IMG/VR virus record: IMGVR_UViG_3300033146_000244
Coordinates: 20,569-84,568 of that record
DNA: 64,000 nt
Reading direction: 5' to 3' (one strand)
Origin: a virus
The position numbers were made by a program, and so were the translations under genes. Each line of letters opens with the position of its first letter. Position 1 is the first letter of the stretch. The notes beneath the pieces are model-generated. The model ran no database searches, was not told where the DNA came from, and saw only the letters and a list, made by a program, of their open reading frames with translations. Shown here one piece after another: positions 36,524 through 47,215 of the stretch.

Positions 36524-37273
36524 ATGACTAAGAAAAAATTACATAGGAGTAATAAGTTAGTTTTTAATCAAGCTCTGCACAAGTACTACTTTGAGGGAAA
36601 AGAGCTTCTATCGGTAACTAATTTTATTAAGACCTTTGATAAGGAGTTTAATCCGTTGTTCGCATCTATAGGTGTTGCCAAATCAAATACTAAGAAAAAG
36701 AAAGGAATAACAGATGCAAGGGGTATTAGAAAGTTGTGGAGACTACATGGTGAGCGTAAGAGATGTATAGGAACTGCCGCACATGCTTTTGCTGAGATGC
36801 GTATAATGGATAGGACAGTAGAACCCATAACTGGCTATGATAAAGCTGTTATAAAGGCATTAGAAGCGCTAAGTAAAAATTGGGATATAGTAGGAGCAGA
36901 GCAGAGAGTATATTCTACTACTAGCTACCTAGCTGGGACGTATGACCTTAAGTTGAAGCATAAAACTACTGGAGTGTTTGCTATGGTAGATTGGAAAGTA
37001 ACTGAGGATATGTTTAAAGGATATAACAAGTTGAAGGGGGTCTTTAAAGATTTAAAGGCTACTGCACTTGTTAAATATTTTATACAACTTAACATATATG
37101 CTTTATTAGATAAAGATATTATAAATGAGGATAAACTATTTGTAATACAACTTAAAAATGATGGTACGTTTAATGCTTATACTATAAAGGATATAGCTAG
37201 AAGTGTAAGAGATGATGTAGTTAAAGTAATTAAGAGTAGGGTTGTAGATAATCACCCTCTACTTAACATGTAA
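36524..37273 (+). CDS. PD-(D/E)XK (RecB/Cas4-like) nuclease
   Basis: H.Y...SVT, GTAAH, EQRVY, AGTYD, VDWK, QLNIY. Confidence 0.85.
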   Translation: MTKKKLHRSNKLVFNQALHKYYFEGKELLSVTNFIKTFDKEFNPLFASIGVAKSNTKKKKGITDARGIRKLWRLHGERKRCIGTAAHAFAEMRIMDRTVEPITGYDKAVIKALEALSKNWDIVGAEQRVYSTTSYLAGTYDLKLKHKTTGVFAMVDWKVTEDMFKGYNKLKGVFKDLKATALVKYFIQLNIYALLDKDIINEDKLFVIQLKNDGTFNAYTIKDIARSVRDDVVKVIKSRVVDNHPLLNM

Positions 37274-37284
37274 TTAATATAGAT

Positions 37285-37488
37285 ATGGTAATAATAGATT
37301 TTAAAGAGGTGTGTACTGAAGCTGATAGGTTAGCAAGTAAGTACAATAAGAAGATAGCTGTAGTTCGTGAACTGCTTGGGTATAGCATAGTAGCTTTACA
37401 GTTTGCAATGGATAACAGTCCTAGATTAAAAGTAGTATATTTAACCGACGGTAATGAAAAGCAACCAAGTACAGAAGGAGCTAATTAA
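37285..37488 (+). CDS. Hypothetical protein
   Basis: 67-aa ORF in the operon. Confidence 0.55.
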   Translation: MVIIDFKEVCTEADRLASKYNKKIAVVRELLGYSIVALQFAMDNSPRLKVVYLTDGNEKQPSTEGAN

Positions 37489-37705
37489 GATAGCTGATAG
37501 ACATGGTGTAGATATTAAAATTGTACGGAGCATACTAGATAACGAGCTTGAGGAGTTAGCTAAGTTCTTAAAAGTACCTATTGACTTAGAAGCACCTCGT
37601 AAAATTATGATGACTGGTTTCGGTACTGTATTCTTAAATGATGCTACCAAGAAGAAGTTACATAAAAAAGAATTTAATAAGAAGGAAGATGGAAAACCTA
37701 TTTGA
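37454..37705 (+). CDS. IHF/HU-like DNA-binding protein
   Basis: ELIKIADRHGV...IMMTGFGTVF; conserved crAss position before the terminase. Confidence 0.7.
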   Translation: MKSNQVQKELIKIADRHGVDIKIVRSILDNELEELAKFLKVPIDLEAPRKIMMTGFGTVFLNDATKKKLHKKEFNKKEDGKPI

Positions 37706-38276
37706 GTTAAATAAGAATAACGTAATTGTACCCAATCCTATGGTATTGTTAATGATTCCATTTGAGAAGATATGGGTTAGAGATAAAACAGTAAAGAAGA
37801 ATGTAGCTTTAAAGGAATTAACTTTTGTATGGGCTTCTTGTTCTAAGTCAGATGATAATATATGGAAAGAGATACCAGAGGGTACTGAAAGATGGGGAAT
37901 ACTTAAGGAGGACTTGTTTGGTAAAAATACTAAATGGAAGCCCTCTAAACTACTTGTGGAAGCTATTGACTACTATAAGGCAAGGATACCAAAGACTGCG
38001 GCAGATAGGTTGCTAGAAAGTACTGAAATTGCAATGGATAAGATAGGGGACTATATTAGGAATGTGGACTTGTTAGAAACCAATGCTAATACTGGTACTT
38101 TATTACATGATGTTAAAAAGATACACAGTATGTCTAGTACTATGGGTAAGATGTATAGTGACTACGTGGCTTTAAGAGCTTCTATTGAAGCAGGTAAAAG
38201 AGAAGAATCTACTGTAAGGGGTGGTGGTGTAGAAGGTATGTTTGAAGATGGTAATAGTTTAGCTGGGTTATTTTAG
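37689..38276 (+). CDS. Conserved crAss-like protein preceding TerL (possible small terminase)
   Basis: PFEKIW.RDK..K..A.KEL motif and C-terminal VRGG; likely start MENLF. Confidence 0.6.
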   Translation: MENLFELNKNNVIVPNPMVLLMIPFEKIWVRDKTVKKNVALKELTFVWASCSKSDDNIWKEIPEGTERWGILKEDLFGKNTKWKPSKLLVEAIDYYKARIPKTAADRLLESTEIAMDKIGDYIRNVDLLETNANTGTLLHDVKKIHSMSSTMGKMYSDYVALRASIEAGKREESTVRGGGVEGMFEDGNSLAGLF

Positions 38277-40481
38277 ATGACTACTCGCATGACAAAGCTA
38301 AGTAAGCTCTATAGAATAGACAGTAGTATAATAGAGGATGTATATAAGCTAGCTAAGAAACATGACATACATATATACGATGCTTACACTGCATACCTAC
38401 GGTACGACGCCCCCAGTGTAATAGATAAGCACTGTGCCGATTTTTCCTTTAATCAGAAGATAGTTAGTTGGTACAAGAGTGATAGATACTTAGTTAATAC
38501 AGAGAAGTACAGAGAAGCAGCAGAAACATTCCGAACTACTGGTAGTTACACGAACTTAAAACCAAATAAGCACCCTAATAGTGAGTACATGAAGTTCTGG
38601 GTAGAAGAGGCTCGTAGGAGTATATATGGGTTTCATATAGGTAATGACTGGATATCTGGTTATTACTATTTTTATTTGAATTATTCTCCTATAGATTTGG
38701 CGGTAGTATTGGACGATACATCTAGTAACGGTGCTATAAGGGGAGACCGTATAACTGACTTTGCTTCTATGTGGGACGGTGATTACTACTACTTTCACTA
38801 TTTAGAAGAATGTGAACGTACTGGTAAACAAGCAGCAGTACTTAAGGCACGTGGTAGAGGATTTAGTTGGAAACACGCTTCTATGCTAGATAGAAACTTC
38901 TTCTTGATACCTAAGAGTAAGTCAATGGTGTATGCTAGTAGTAAAGAATACTTGACTGGTAATGACGGTATATTAACTAAGGCTTGGTCTATAATGAGCC
39001 ACTTAGATTTGAATACGGCTTGGGCTAAGAGAAGACAGGTTAAGAACACGCAGGACAGTAAGAGAGCATCGTTAGAACGGGTGAAAAACGGCGTAAAGAC
39101 TGAAACTGGGTTCATGTCAGAAATATCTGGAATTACACTGGGGGATAGTGTGCATAAGCTAAGAGGAAAGCGTAGTAAACTGATAATATTTGAAGAGTCT
39201 GGTAGTTTTAAGGACTTGGAGACTGCGTGGATAGTTTCAGACCCAAGTGTTAAGCAAGGTAATATAGTGTTTGGTCTTAAGGTGGCATTTGGTACAGGAG
39301 GTGAAGAGGGTAGTCAGTTTGAAGGGTTGAAGAACTTATTTTATAAACCAGACGCTTTTAACGTGTTGTCTTTACCTAATGTATGGTCAGGTAATGCAGA
39401 ACATAACAAGGTGGGGTGGTTTGCTCCTTCCTACATTAACTTGGAAGGGCACTATGATAAAGATGGTAATAGTAATATAGAGGTTGGTAAGAAAGCAATA
39501 GAACAAGAAAGAGAAGATGCGTTAGTAAGTGGTGTAGCACCTAGTACATTCCAGAAGATGAAAGCAGAGAACCCCTTAGTGCCTGAAGATGCTATATTGA
39601 GGAGTACGCTGAGCCCTTTTCCGGTACAGATGCTATCAGAACATTTGGTCTTGCTGGAGACAGATACTGCTTATAGAGGTAAGGTTAGTAAGGGTACTTT
39701 ATCCTTGACTATGGAAAATGAGGTTGTATGGCAAGAGGACTTGTTGAATAAAGTACATGTCATAGGCACTGATGATGTAAATAGCTTGAACGTAGATGGT
39801 GGTATAGAAGTTTATCAGCACCCACCAAGTATGAAGGTTTCAAGAAATACGTTTATTATAGGGGTAGACCCGATAGACTTTGATAGGAATGAAGTTGGTA
39901 AGAACTTCTCTTTAGGTAGTATGTTTGTTATGAATACACTTACTGAGCAGATAGTAGCTGAGTATACTGGAAGACCTGCTAATGCTAATGATTTTTATGA
40001 GAACGTGAGGAGGTTATCTATGTATTATAATGCTAAGGTGATGTATGAGAATAACTTGAAAGGGTTGTATGTATATTTTACTAACAAGTTTAGTGAGCAC
40101 ATGTTATCTTTAAAGCCTACTATACTGCAGGATACTAATGAGCAAATGAAGGTAGGTAATAGGAAGTATGGATTCACTGCTGCTGGTAATCAATCTTCAA
40201 GCATACTTAAGTATGGGAGACAACTTATAAAGGAGTGGTTAGAAAAGAGACTATCAGGCACAGACGATACTAGGTTACTATATACTATTAGAAGTGCTGG
40301 TCTGGTGCGAGAGTTGATAGATTGGCACGCAGACGGTAACTATGATAGGGTAAGTGCGTTGATAGCTGTTATGATACATCTTGCTGATACTGATAGGACT
40401 AGGACTAGAAATGGTAGTAAATCTACTGAGGTAGATGTAGAGGCTCGTAATTTCTATAATAGGCCTTTTCTTGGGTGGTAG
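38277..40481 (+). CDS. terL: Terminase large subunit
   Basis: HYFY-type ISGYYYFYLNY, LKARGRGFSW, LRGKR...FEESG, FGTGG, IGVDP, YENN, NYDRVSA. Confidence 0.93.
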   Translation: MTTRMTKLSKLYRIDSSIIEDVYKLAKKHDIHIYDAYTAYLRYDAPSVIDKHCADFSFNQKIVSWYKSDRYLVNTEKYREAAETFRTTGSYTNLKPNKHPNSEYMKFWVEEARRSIYGFHIGNDWISGYYYFYLNYSPIDLAVVLDDTSSNGAIRGDRITDFASMWDGDYYYFHYLEECERTGKQAAVLKARGRGFSWKHASMLDRNFFLIPKSKSMVYASSKEYLTGNDGILTKAWSIMSHLDLNTAWAKRRQVKNTQDSKRASLERVKNGVKTETGFMSEISGITLGDSVHKLRGKRSKLIIFEESGSFKDLETAWIVSDPSVKQGNIVFGLKVAFGTGGEEGSQFEGLKNLFYKPDAFNVLSLPNVWSGNAEHNKVGWFAPSYINLEGHYDKDGNSNIEVGKKAIEQEREDALVSGVAPSTFQKMKAENPLVPEDAILRSTLSPFPVQMLSEHLVLLETDTAYRGKVSKGTLSLTMENEVVWQEDLLNKVHVIGTDDVNSLNVDGGIEVYQHPPSMKVSRNTFIIGVDPIDFDRNEVGKNFSLGSMFVMNTLTEQIVAEYTGRPANANDFYENVRRLSMYYNAKVMYENNLKGLYVYFTNKFSEHMLSLKPTILQDTNEQMKVGNRKYGFTAAGNQSSSILKYGRQLIKEWLEKRLSGTDDTRLLYTIRSAGLVRELIDWHADGNYDRVSALIAVMIHLADTDRTRTRNGSKSTEVDVEARNFYNRPFLGW

Positions 40482-40546
40482 CACATACTACGGGTAGGTG
40501 TAATAGCTAAATCTATAGGGTTGTTTATTTTATAGCAACAAATATG

Positions 40547-40554
40547 TAATTTTG
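40547..40554 (+). promoter_or_regulatory. -7 box TAATTTTG directly before the portal ATG
   Basis: TAnnTTTG ends 4 nt before ATG 40559; a TTG lies at 40521-23 (23-nt spacer, longer than usual). Confidence 0.5.
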
Positions 40555-40558
40555 CAAA

Positions 40559-42874
40559 ATGGGTAATGAATTTAAGCACACTACACTAAGTAGTATAAAA
40601 AGTAAGAAGGCTCTTAAGGAGTTCATAACGAGATTAAAGAAAGGTAGTACACCAGAAGATTCTATAAGGAAGTCAATAGAGGAGAAAAATGAGAATTACG
40701 ATTTACTGGTGGGGTTACTTAGGAAGAGTTCTTTAGAGAAGGCTTTTAATCCTATGAAACTAAAGGGTGAGGCAATAGAGATTCCATCAGAAGATGAAGT
40801 GATTACTATTATTAAACCATCTGTGAATGCGTTAATAGGAGAAGAGTTGGAGAGGAACTTTGAGTATAGAGCTTACTTGACTAACCCGTCTGATATATCG
40901 CAGAAGGAGGTTACTATGAAGGAGGAGTTTGCAAATAGGCTCAATTCGTTAGTAATGGATACTGAGTTGAAAGGTGATATGTTAAAGTTAGAGTTAGAGA
41001 AACTGAACCACTGGAAATCCTATTCTGCACAAGATGTAAGGGAAAGAGCAGCTAACCACATTATAACTGATTATAAGGAAAGATTAGAACTTAAGACAGC
41101 CTTTAAGGAGATGTGGAAAGATGTAATCGCTGTTAATGAGGAAGCGTGTCATGTAGGTCTTTATAACGGTAATGTTGTAGTAGATAGGATAGATACAAGA
41201 GATTTGGAGGTGTACCATCTAGGTAACTCTGCTAAGTTAGAAGAAGCAGGTGTAATAATATGGAGTAGGTACATGCAGCCTGGTATGATAATAGAACGTT
41301 ACTATGATGTATTATCTAAGGCTGATGTAGCGTATGTAATGGGAGATACTGAGTCAAGACAACCAGAGATGAATAGTAGTACTAGCATACCGAGTATGAC
41401 TGGTAGTGATAACTCATTGAGAGATGAAGGTGTATTAGTAATAGATACAGAGACTAATAGAGCTTCATCAATATATAGTAAGGCTGGTAAAGTAGATGGT
41501 GTACTTAATGTGACTACTACTTATGTCAGGACGGTCAGACCAGTGTTAAATGTAACTGGTATCAATGACGAGGGTGAAGAGTGGACTAGGCTGGAGGATA
41601 AGAGTTATGAGTTAGACAGTGGTGAGACTAGCGTATTGAGATATGTTAATGAGTGGTATGAAGCTACAGAGATAGGTAACAATGTTTGGGTAGATATAAG
41701 ACCATGTCCAGTACAAGTTACTGATATGAATAATCTCAGTTTGAATAAACCACCTATTGTAGGATTTGTGCATAAGTATAGTAGTGTACGGGGACAATCT
41801 ATTGTAGATGTGTTAAAACCTATTCAGTATGAATGGGCTATATTCAGCAAGAAGATGTCGCATTTGTGGGCTAGAAATCTAGGTAAGTTAGTTAGAATAG
41901 ATGTTAGTAAGATACCAACAGATATGAGCCGTGATGCGTTCTTCAATTGGATTAAATCGTTTGGTGTGATTTTAGAGAATCCCTTTGAGGAGAGTAATAT
42001 GAATGGTGTTATGTCAGGGCAGTTCGGAAGTAGTGTTAGTGCTGTGGACGTAGATTTGAGTTCTTCTATACAAGGTGTGCTACAGCACATGATGTATTTA
42101 CAACAGCTGGCTGACGATACAGTCGGTGTTAATAGACAGAGGAGAGGAGAGTTAATGACTAGCGATGGTAAGGGTGTAACTCAGGAAGCTATAGGGCGTA
42201 GCAATAAGATGACAGAGGAGTTTTTCTATGAGCATGATAACGTAAAGAAAAGAGTGTTTGCGCTGGTATTGGAGTATGTTAAGTTGTCTGTGAAGAACGG
42301 TACGAATGTTAAAGCACAGTACATCTTGGGAGATATGGCTAATGTAATATACGATACAGAAGGGAGTGGTTTTGAAGAGGCTTCTTTCGGTATTATGATT
42401 ACAAATGGTAGAAAGCGACAAGAGCTAGAACAGATTTTCCAGCAACTCGCTCACGCTGCGATGCAGAGTGGTACTATTACTATTAGTCAAATTATGGAAC
42501 TATACAACACTGATAGTATGAGTGAGAAAATAAACACATTGAAAACTAGAGAGGAGGAAAACAGAATAAGACGGGAGGAACAGCAGAAACAAGATAGAGA
42601 ACTACAACAACAGTTACAACAAGCTATGTTACAAGATAAGGAAGCAGATAGGAAGCATGAGATAGATATAGCTAATATAAAAGCACAGGCATCTATAGAG
42701 GTTGCTTTAATTAACGCAGACAAGCACGATACAGCTACAGAGAGAGATGTGGAGAGAGATGCCAGTAATAATGCACATAAAGAAGCTACACTAGCACAGA
42801 GGAAACAAGAGAATCTGGATAGGCTTGGAATGGAGAGAGAGCGACTTAATGCTAGTAGGAGTAACAAAAAATAA
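40559..42874 (+). CDS. Portal protein
   Basis: 771 aa, between TerL and scaffold/MCP; IIKP.VN.LIGEE, S.VD.LKP.Q, GV.RQR.G and C-terminal Q-rich coiled-coil barrel. Confidence 0.9.
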   Translation: MGNEFKHTTLSSIKSKKALKEFITRLKKGSTPEDSIRKSIEEKNENYDLLVGLLRKSSLEKAFNPMKLKGEAIEIPSEDEVITIIKPSVNALIGEELERNFEYRAYLTNPSDISQKEVTMKEEFANRLNSLVMDTELKGDMLKLELEKLNHWKSYSAQDVRERAANHIITDYKERLELKTAFKEMWKDVIAVNEEACHVGLYNGNVVVDRIDTRDLEVYHLGNSAKLEEAGVIIWSRYMQPGMIIERYYDVLSKADVAYVMGDTESRQPEMNSSTSIPSMTGSDNSLRDEGVLVIDTETNRASSIYSKAGKVDGVLNVTTTYVRTVRPVLNVTGINDEGEEWTRLEDKSYELDSGETSVLRYVNEWYEATEIGNNVWVDIRPCPVQVTDMNNLSLNKPPIVGFVHKYSSVRGQSIVDVLKPIQYEWAIFSKKMSHLWARNLGKLVRIDVSKIPTDMSRDAFFNWIKSFGVILENPFEESNMNGVMSGQFGSSVSAVDVDLSSSIQGVLQHMMYLQQLADDTVGVNRQRRGELMTSDGKGVTQEAIGRSNKMTEEFFYEHDNVKKRVFALVLEYVKLSVKNGTNVKAQYILGDMANVIYDTEGSGFEEASFGIMITNGRKRQELEQIFQQLAHAAMQSGTITISQIMELYNTDSMSEKINTLKTREEENRIRREEQQKQDRELQQQLQQAMLQDKEADRKHEIDIANIKAQASIEVALINADKHDTATERDVERDASNNAHKEATLAQRKQENLDRLGMERERLNASRSNKK

Positions 42875-42889
42875 TAAAGATATAATCGT

Positions 42890-44002
42890 ATGGATGTTAA
42901 TGCACCAATCACAATAGATTTAGGTGAAGGTAATGGAATAGATAACCCTGTGGACTTAGGGGCAACTAGTGCGGAAACGGGGGCTAATATTGGTATTACA
43001 CTGGGAGAGCCACAGAGTGGCGATAAATTAGAGATAGGGAATAATGATGCACCTATAGAAGATGGTGTAAATAAGGAAGAAGTTGAGGTATCTAGTGGTG
43101 AAGAAGAGGGTACTAATGGAGAAGATAGATATGATGAATCAAGTGTTGATGCGGGTGAGTTATCAAGATACTTACAAGATGAGGGTATATTACCAAAGGG
43201 TGATATAGGAGATGATTACAGTATGGACGACTTCCATGATGCTATGGAAGATAGGATAACTAGTGGTATAAAGAGTGGTGTAGAGAGTATATTAGCTGGA
43301 GCACCCAAAGAAGCAGTTGATTATTTTAATCATCTTAAGAACGGTGGTAGCTTACAGGACTATCAAAGAGCAACGTCTTCTGACTATGGAAGTGTTGCAG
43401 CTGGTGCTTTAAAAGATAATGTAGGTTTACAAGGTAAAGTACTATTTGACTACTATAAGAAGACTACTGGTTGGGATAACGCTGCTATAGATAGTCAAGT
43501 AAAAATGCTTACTGATTCGGGTGTAGCTGAAACTAATGCTACTAATGCTTTAAAACATTTACAAGCTAGAGAAGTAGAGGATAGAAATGAGTTAGCTTAT
43601 GTAACACAGCAAAACAGGATTAGGGAAGAAGCTGCACAGAAAGCGTATGTAGATAAGTTACAAGTGGATATTATGAATACGGAGTCGTTTATGGGTGTTA
43701 ATCTCAGTACTGCCTTTAAAAATGATGTAATACAGAATACTATGAATGACGTTACTTATAATAAACTTAATGCAGATTTTGATAAGTATAGGCATACATT
43801 AGTTATGTTAGACGAAATGGGTGTATTTGATAACCCTGAATCTTTTATGGGCAGAGTTGGTATCACTAAACAAACAGTACCGAAGAAGAGTGGTTATAAC
43901 ATAGTCAATAAGAATAGAACTAGTAGTAACTCTAAACAAATATCTAAGGAGGGCTTAGAGAGTATGTTTGGAGGTAACGGTGTGTTTAAATACATGCAAT
44001 AG
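42890..44002 (+). CDS. Acidic scaffold-like protein
   Basis: Acidic disordered N-half; conserved crAss position between portal and MCP. Confidence 0.65.
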   Translation: MDVNAPITIDLGEGNGIDNPVDLGATSAETGANIGITLGEPQSGDKLEIGNNDAPIEDGVNKEEVEVSSGEEEGTNGEDRYDESSVDAGELSRYLQDEGILPKGDIGDDYSMDDFHDAMEDRITSGIKSGVESILAGAPKEAVDYFNHLKNGGSLQDYQRATSSDYGSVAAGALKDNVGLQGKVLFDYYKKTTGWDNAAIDSQVKMLTDSGVAETNATNALKHLQAREVEDRNELAYVTQQNRIREEAAQKAYVDKLQVDIMNTESFMGVNLSTAFKNDVIQNTMNDVTYNKLNADFDKYRHTLVMLDEMGVFDNPESFMGRVGITKQTVPKKSGYNIVNKNRTSSNSKQISKEGLESMFGGNGVFKYMQ

Positions 44003-44026
44003 ATTGTTTAATATTAAATATAAACT

Positions 44027-45538
44027 ATGAGTACATTTAAGGCATTACCTTTTCAACTTAATACAGCGAAGAGTTGGAATGGTTTAACAAGAGAGGAGCA
44101 CTTTACTAACATATTCGGACAAGAGCCACATTACATTGATAATGTAGTACAACAGTTGTTTGATGTAAATGTTGGCACTAGCTTACTTAGTTATATCAAT
44201 CAGTTTCCTACTGTGGAGATACCAGAAGATGCTCCTTATAGATGGAGGTTAGCTGGAAGAGAGAAGAGACGTGTATCCCTAGTAGGTGCATGGGAGAACG
44301 AAGCTGGAACTGCAGTACTAGGTACTAGTAATCCACGACCTGGTATTAATGGTACTAGAATATTTATGGACTTTCCAGAACGCTACTTTACTGTAACACA
44401 TGTTATAATCGGTAATAAGCCAGATTTATATCATTTAAGGGTGATGGAAGAGCCAGTACAAGTAGGTAAAAATTGGAGATACAGTTTACAAGTGGTTACT
44501 AATGAAGATGCGTTCTTCGTGCCATTGACAGAGTTTGCGAAGGGTTCAGAATGGAGTATCGGTTACTCACTTTCAGAGCAGACAATGAGTAAAGACGGTT
44601 CTGATATTGGGTTTAACGCTCCTTTTGAGATGGAGAATAGTATATCAATGATGAGAAAACGTCATGTAGTTCCTGGAAATATGATTGATAAAGGAAAGAA
44701 CAAACCATTAGTGTTTGGGTTTGTGCACCCAGAAACTGGTAAGACTACAACTTCATGGATAGCTGAAATGGATTATCAGTTCCTACGACAGTTTAATGAC
44801 GAGTTTGCTAAATTGATGTATCTAGGTAAATCAACTATACGAGCAGACGGTAGTACTACTATGAAAGGTGGAAGTGGTAATAGCTTACGAGCTGGTTATG
44901 GGTTGAGAGACCAGTTTTTACCATCTAACAGACACTATTATACCAAGATGTCAGTAGCGTATTTAACTAAGATTATGTTAGAAGCGTCTTATAATAAAAT
45001 TGGTATGAAAGAACGTAACTTTACTATCGCAACAGGGCAATGGGGACTAGCTATGTTACATAATATGTTGAGAGAGGAGTTAAGTACCAATTCTTATACA
45101 TGGATGCAGGACTCTACTGGTAGAGCATTCTCGTGGAAAGGTAACGATATTACTGTTAAGATGGGGCAGTTTGTAGGATTTGCCACTATTAACGGTATTA
45201 ACGTAAACTTTATGTATATGCCTATGTACGATGATGACGTTACTAACAAGACGGAACATCCTGACGGAGGTATAGCTGAGTCGTACAGACTTACTATAAT
45301 GGACATGGGAACTAAGTCTAATCCTAATATACAGAAGGTGCGTATTAAAGGACAGAGTCCTGCATACACATACATCTCTGGATTACGAGACCCATTTAGT
45401 AAGGGTGGACAAGGTAAACCACGAATGACTGTATCGGAAGTAGATGGGTACACAATTAACAGAGCTGATTGGGGAGGAACAAGAGTTAAAGACCCAACTA
45501 GAATAATTGAGTGCATACCAAGTATATTACAATTTTAA
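44027..45538 (+). CDS. Major capsid protein (crAss-like)
   Basis: W.GLT.E.H, AG.GLR.Q, TG.WG...H, YDD...K..HP.GG.AESYR, G.RDPF, V.DPTR motifs; 503 aa. Confidence 0.93.
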   Translation: MSTFKALPFQLNTAKSWNGLTREEHFTNIFGQEPHYIDNVVQQLFDVNVGTSLLSYINQFPTVEIPEDAPYRWRLAGREKRRVSLVGAWENEAGTAVLGTSNPRPGINGTRIFMDFPERYFTVTHVIIGNKPDLYHLRVMEEPVQVGKNWRYSLQVVTNEDAFFVPLTEFAKGSEWSIGYSLSEQTMSKDGSDIGFNAPFEMENSISMMRKRHVVPGNMIDKGKNKPLVFGFVHPETGKTTTSWIAEMDYQFLRQFNDEFAKLMYLGKSTIRADGSTTMKGGSGNSLRAGYGLRDQFLPSNRHYYTKMSVAYLTKIMLEASYNKIGMKERNFTIATGQWGLAMLHNMLREELSTNSYTWMQDSTGRAFSWKGNDITVKMGQFVGFATINGINVNFMYMPMYDDDVTNKTEHPDGGIAESYRLTIMDMGTKSNPNIQKVRIKGQSPAYTYISGLRDPFSKGGQGKPRMTVSEVDGYTINRADWGGTRVKDPTRIIECIPSILQF

Positions 45539-45549
45539 AGAACAGATAG

Positions 45550-46440
45550 ATGAAGCATAAAGCCACAAAATTCACCCTACCATTGGGTAAGAAAATAACA
45601 TTGCTACCTATAGATAGAAATAAGTCTTTTATGGGTAAAAAGAACCATGACGGTTCTATACAGTTCACAGGTACTGGTACAACATTTGTATTACCTATGA
45701 AGCCAAACGGAAAATATGTTAATCCCTTAACAGCTGAAGAACAAGAGTACTTAGAAGAGGTGTTAGGTATAAATCTTAACGTGCACTCTACTCCAGATTA
45801 TAAAGGTGGTAAACTAATAAGCGGTAACGTTTACGGTATGCGTAAAATTACTATGAATAAGACTAACCCAGATATAAGTAAGTTTAAAAGGGTATTTGAA
45901 TTAGATAACCCAGATGACTTTTTAGATGTGGCGATACTAAAACAGTGTCCTAATATAGCCAATAGTTGGAAAGAACGTGATGACACACCTGAATATAAAT
46001 GGGTATTGAGAGAAGAGGGTCAGGAGTTTGCTGACAAGCGTAAAAGTATTAGTGGTAAACGTAAGGCTTACGCTTGGTTTGACGATATAAGCGATAACAA
46101 GACTAAGTTAGTAGATAACTTGAGAGTACTTGGGGAGAACGTTACACAAGAACATACATTGGGAGAGTTAGAGAGTTTGCTAGACAACTACATTAATGAC
46201 CCTTACAAATTAGGTAAGGTACTAGATTTAATGGAAGATAAAGAAGCAGATAATAAGATATTCGTAGATAAGGCTATCCGAGTAGGTATGATTAAGAGAG
46301 TAGCTAATGGTAGGTATGTAGATAGTAACGGAGAAGTTATAGGAAACAGTGTATATGAGGTTTCTGTATTTATACGGGATAATAAGAATAACGTGTTTTA
46401 TGAACGTATCAAGGAAGCGATACTAAAAGCAAAACTGTAA
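45550..46440 (+). CDS. Conserved crAss-like protein following MCP
   Basis: NPLT.EEQEYLE..LG, L.NP.D; synteny. Confidence 0.65.
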   Translation: MKHKATKFTLPLGKKITLLPIDRNKSFMGKKNHDGSIQFTGTGTTFVLPMKPNGKYVNPLTAEEQEYLEEVLGINLNVHSTPDYKGGKLISGNVYGMRKITMNKTNPDISKFKRVFELDNPDDFLDVAILKQCPNIANSWKERDDTPEYKWVLREEGQEFADKRKSISGKRKAYAWFDDISDNKTKLVDNLRVLGENVTQEHTLGELESLLDNYINDPYKLGKVLDLMEDKEADNKIFVDKAIRVGMIKRVANGRYVDSNGEVIGNSVYEVSVFIRDNKNNVFYERIKEAILKAKL

Positions 46441-46443
46441 GAT

Positions 46444-47202
46444 ATGACAGCTAACGAAATGAGAAACTTAGCTAAGGAACTATATGATGGCTCATCTCCT
46501 ATGGAGATGGGTTATGATGATAAGGAGGTTAGTAGGTTTCTCAACGTTGCTAAGACACTTGAGGTAGATAAAAGACTGTTTGGTGATAATCAAGCAGGTA
46601 CTGGATTAGAGGTAGGTAGTAAGAGGGATACTGAATTATCAGAACTTAAGACTATATTTAGTGTGCATAGGAATTACGATGAGACTTATACTAGGAGGAT
46701 TGATAATGATGTAGATGTTACCCCGTATGAAGTTGTAGCAGACATGGTTGATAACGCTTTTACTATAGAGTTACCAGAAGATTTTATGTATTATACTCGT
46801 GACTTTGCAGATATTAAGATAGGTGATATAGTAAATAAGGTAGTTATAGAGAGTGTTAATGAAGATAATATAAGTGAAGAGCTTACTAATGTGTTTATGA
46901 AACCAAGTAGGGGCAAGATACTTAGAACGTCTATAGGGGTTAATAGGAAAAATGACTCTGTGTTGAGGAGGGTTAAATTGTTTATACCGATAGATAGCAT
47001 ACTGTATAAGTACGTACTGGTGTATATACGAAAACCTGTTGAGATAGTAGTTAATATATTAGTTCCTGATGATGCAATTGATAGTGACTTAGATGAGACG
47101 ATGCATATACCGATAGTTAAGACTGCTGTGCAGTTAATGTTAGGGAGTATAGGTAGTCAGAAATATCAGGTAGCTGTTAATGAAAATAGTAATAATTTTT
47201 AA
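46444..47202 (+). CDS. Tail ring/adaptor protein
   Basis: MT..EM...E.S.FLN.A...YIRKP...LD...H..IV..AV; synteny. Confidence 0.7.
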   Translation: MTANEMRNLAKELYDGSSPMEMGYDDKEVSRFLNVAKTLEVDKRLFGDNQAGTGLEVGSKRDTELSELKTIFSVHRNYDETYTRRIDNDVDVTPYEVVADMVDNAFTIELPEDFMYYTRDFADIKIGDIVNKVVIESVNEDNISEELTNVFMKPSRGKILRTSIGVNRKNDSVLRRVKLFIPIDSILYKYVLVYIRKPVEIVVNILVPDDAIDSDLDETMHIPIVKTAVQLMLGSIGSQKYQVAVNENSNNF

Positions 47203-47215
47203 ATACGATTAAAGT

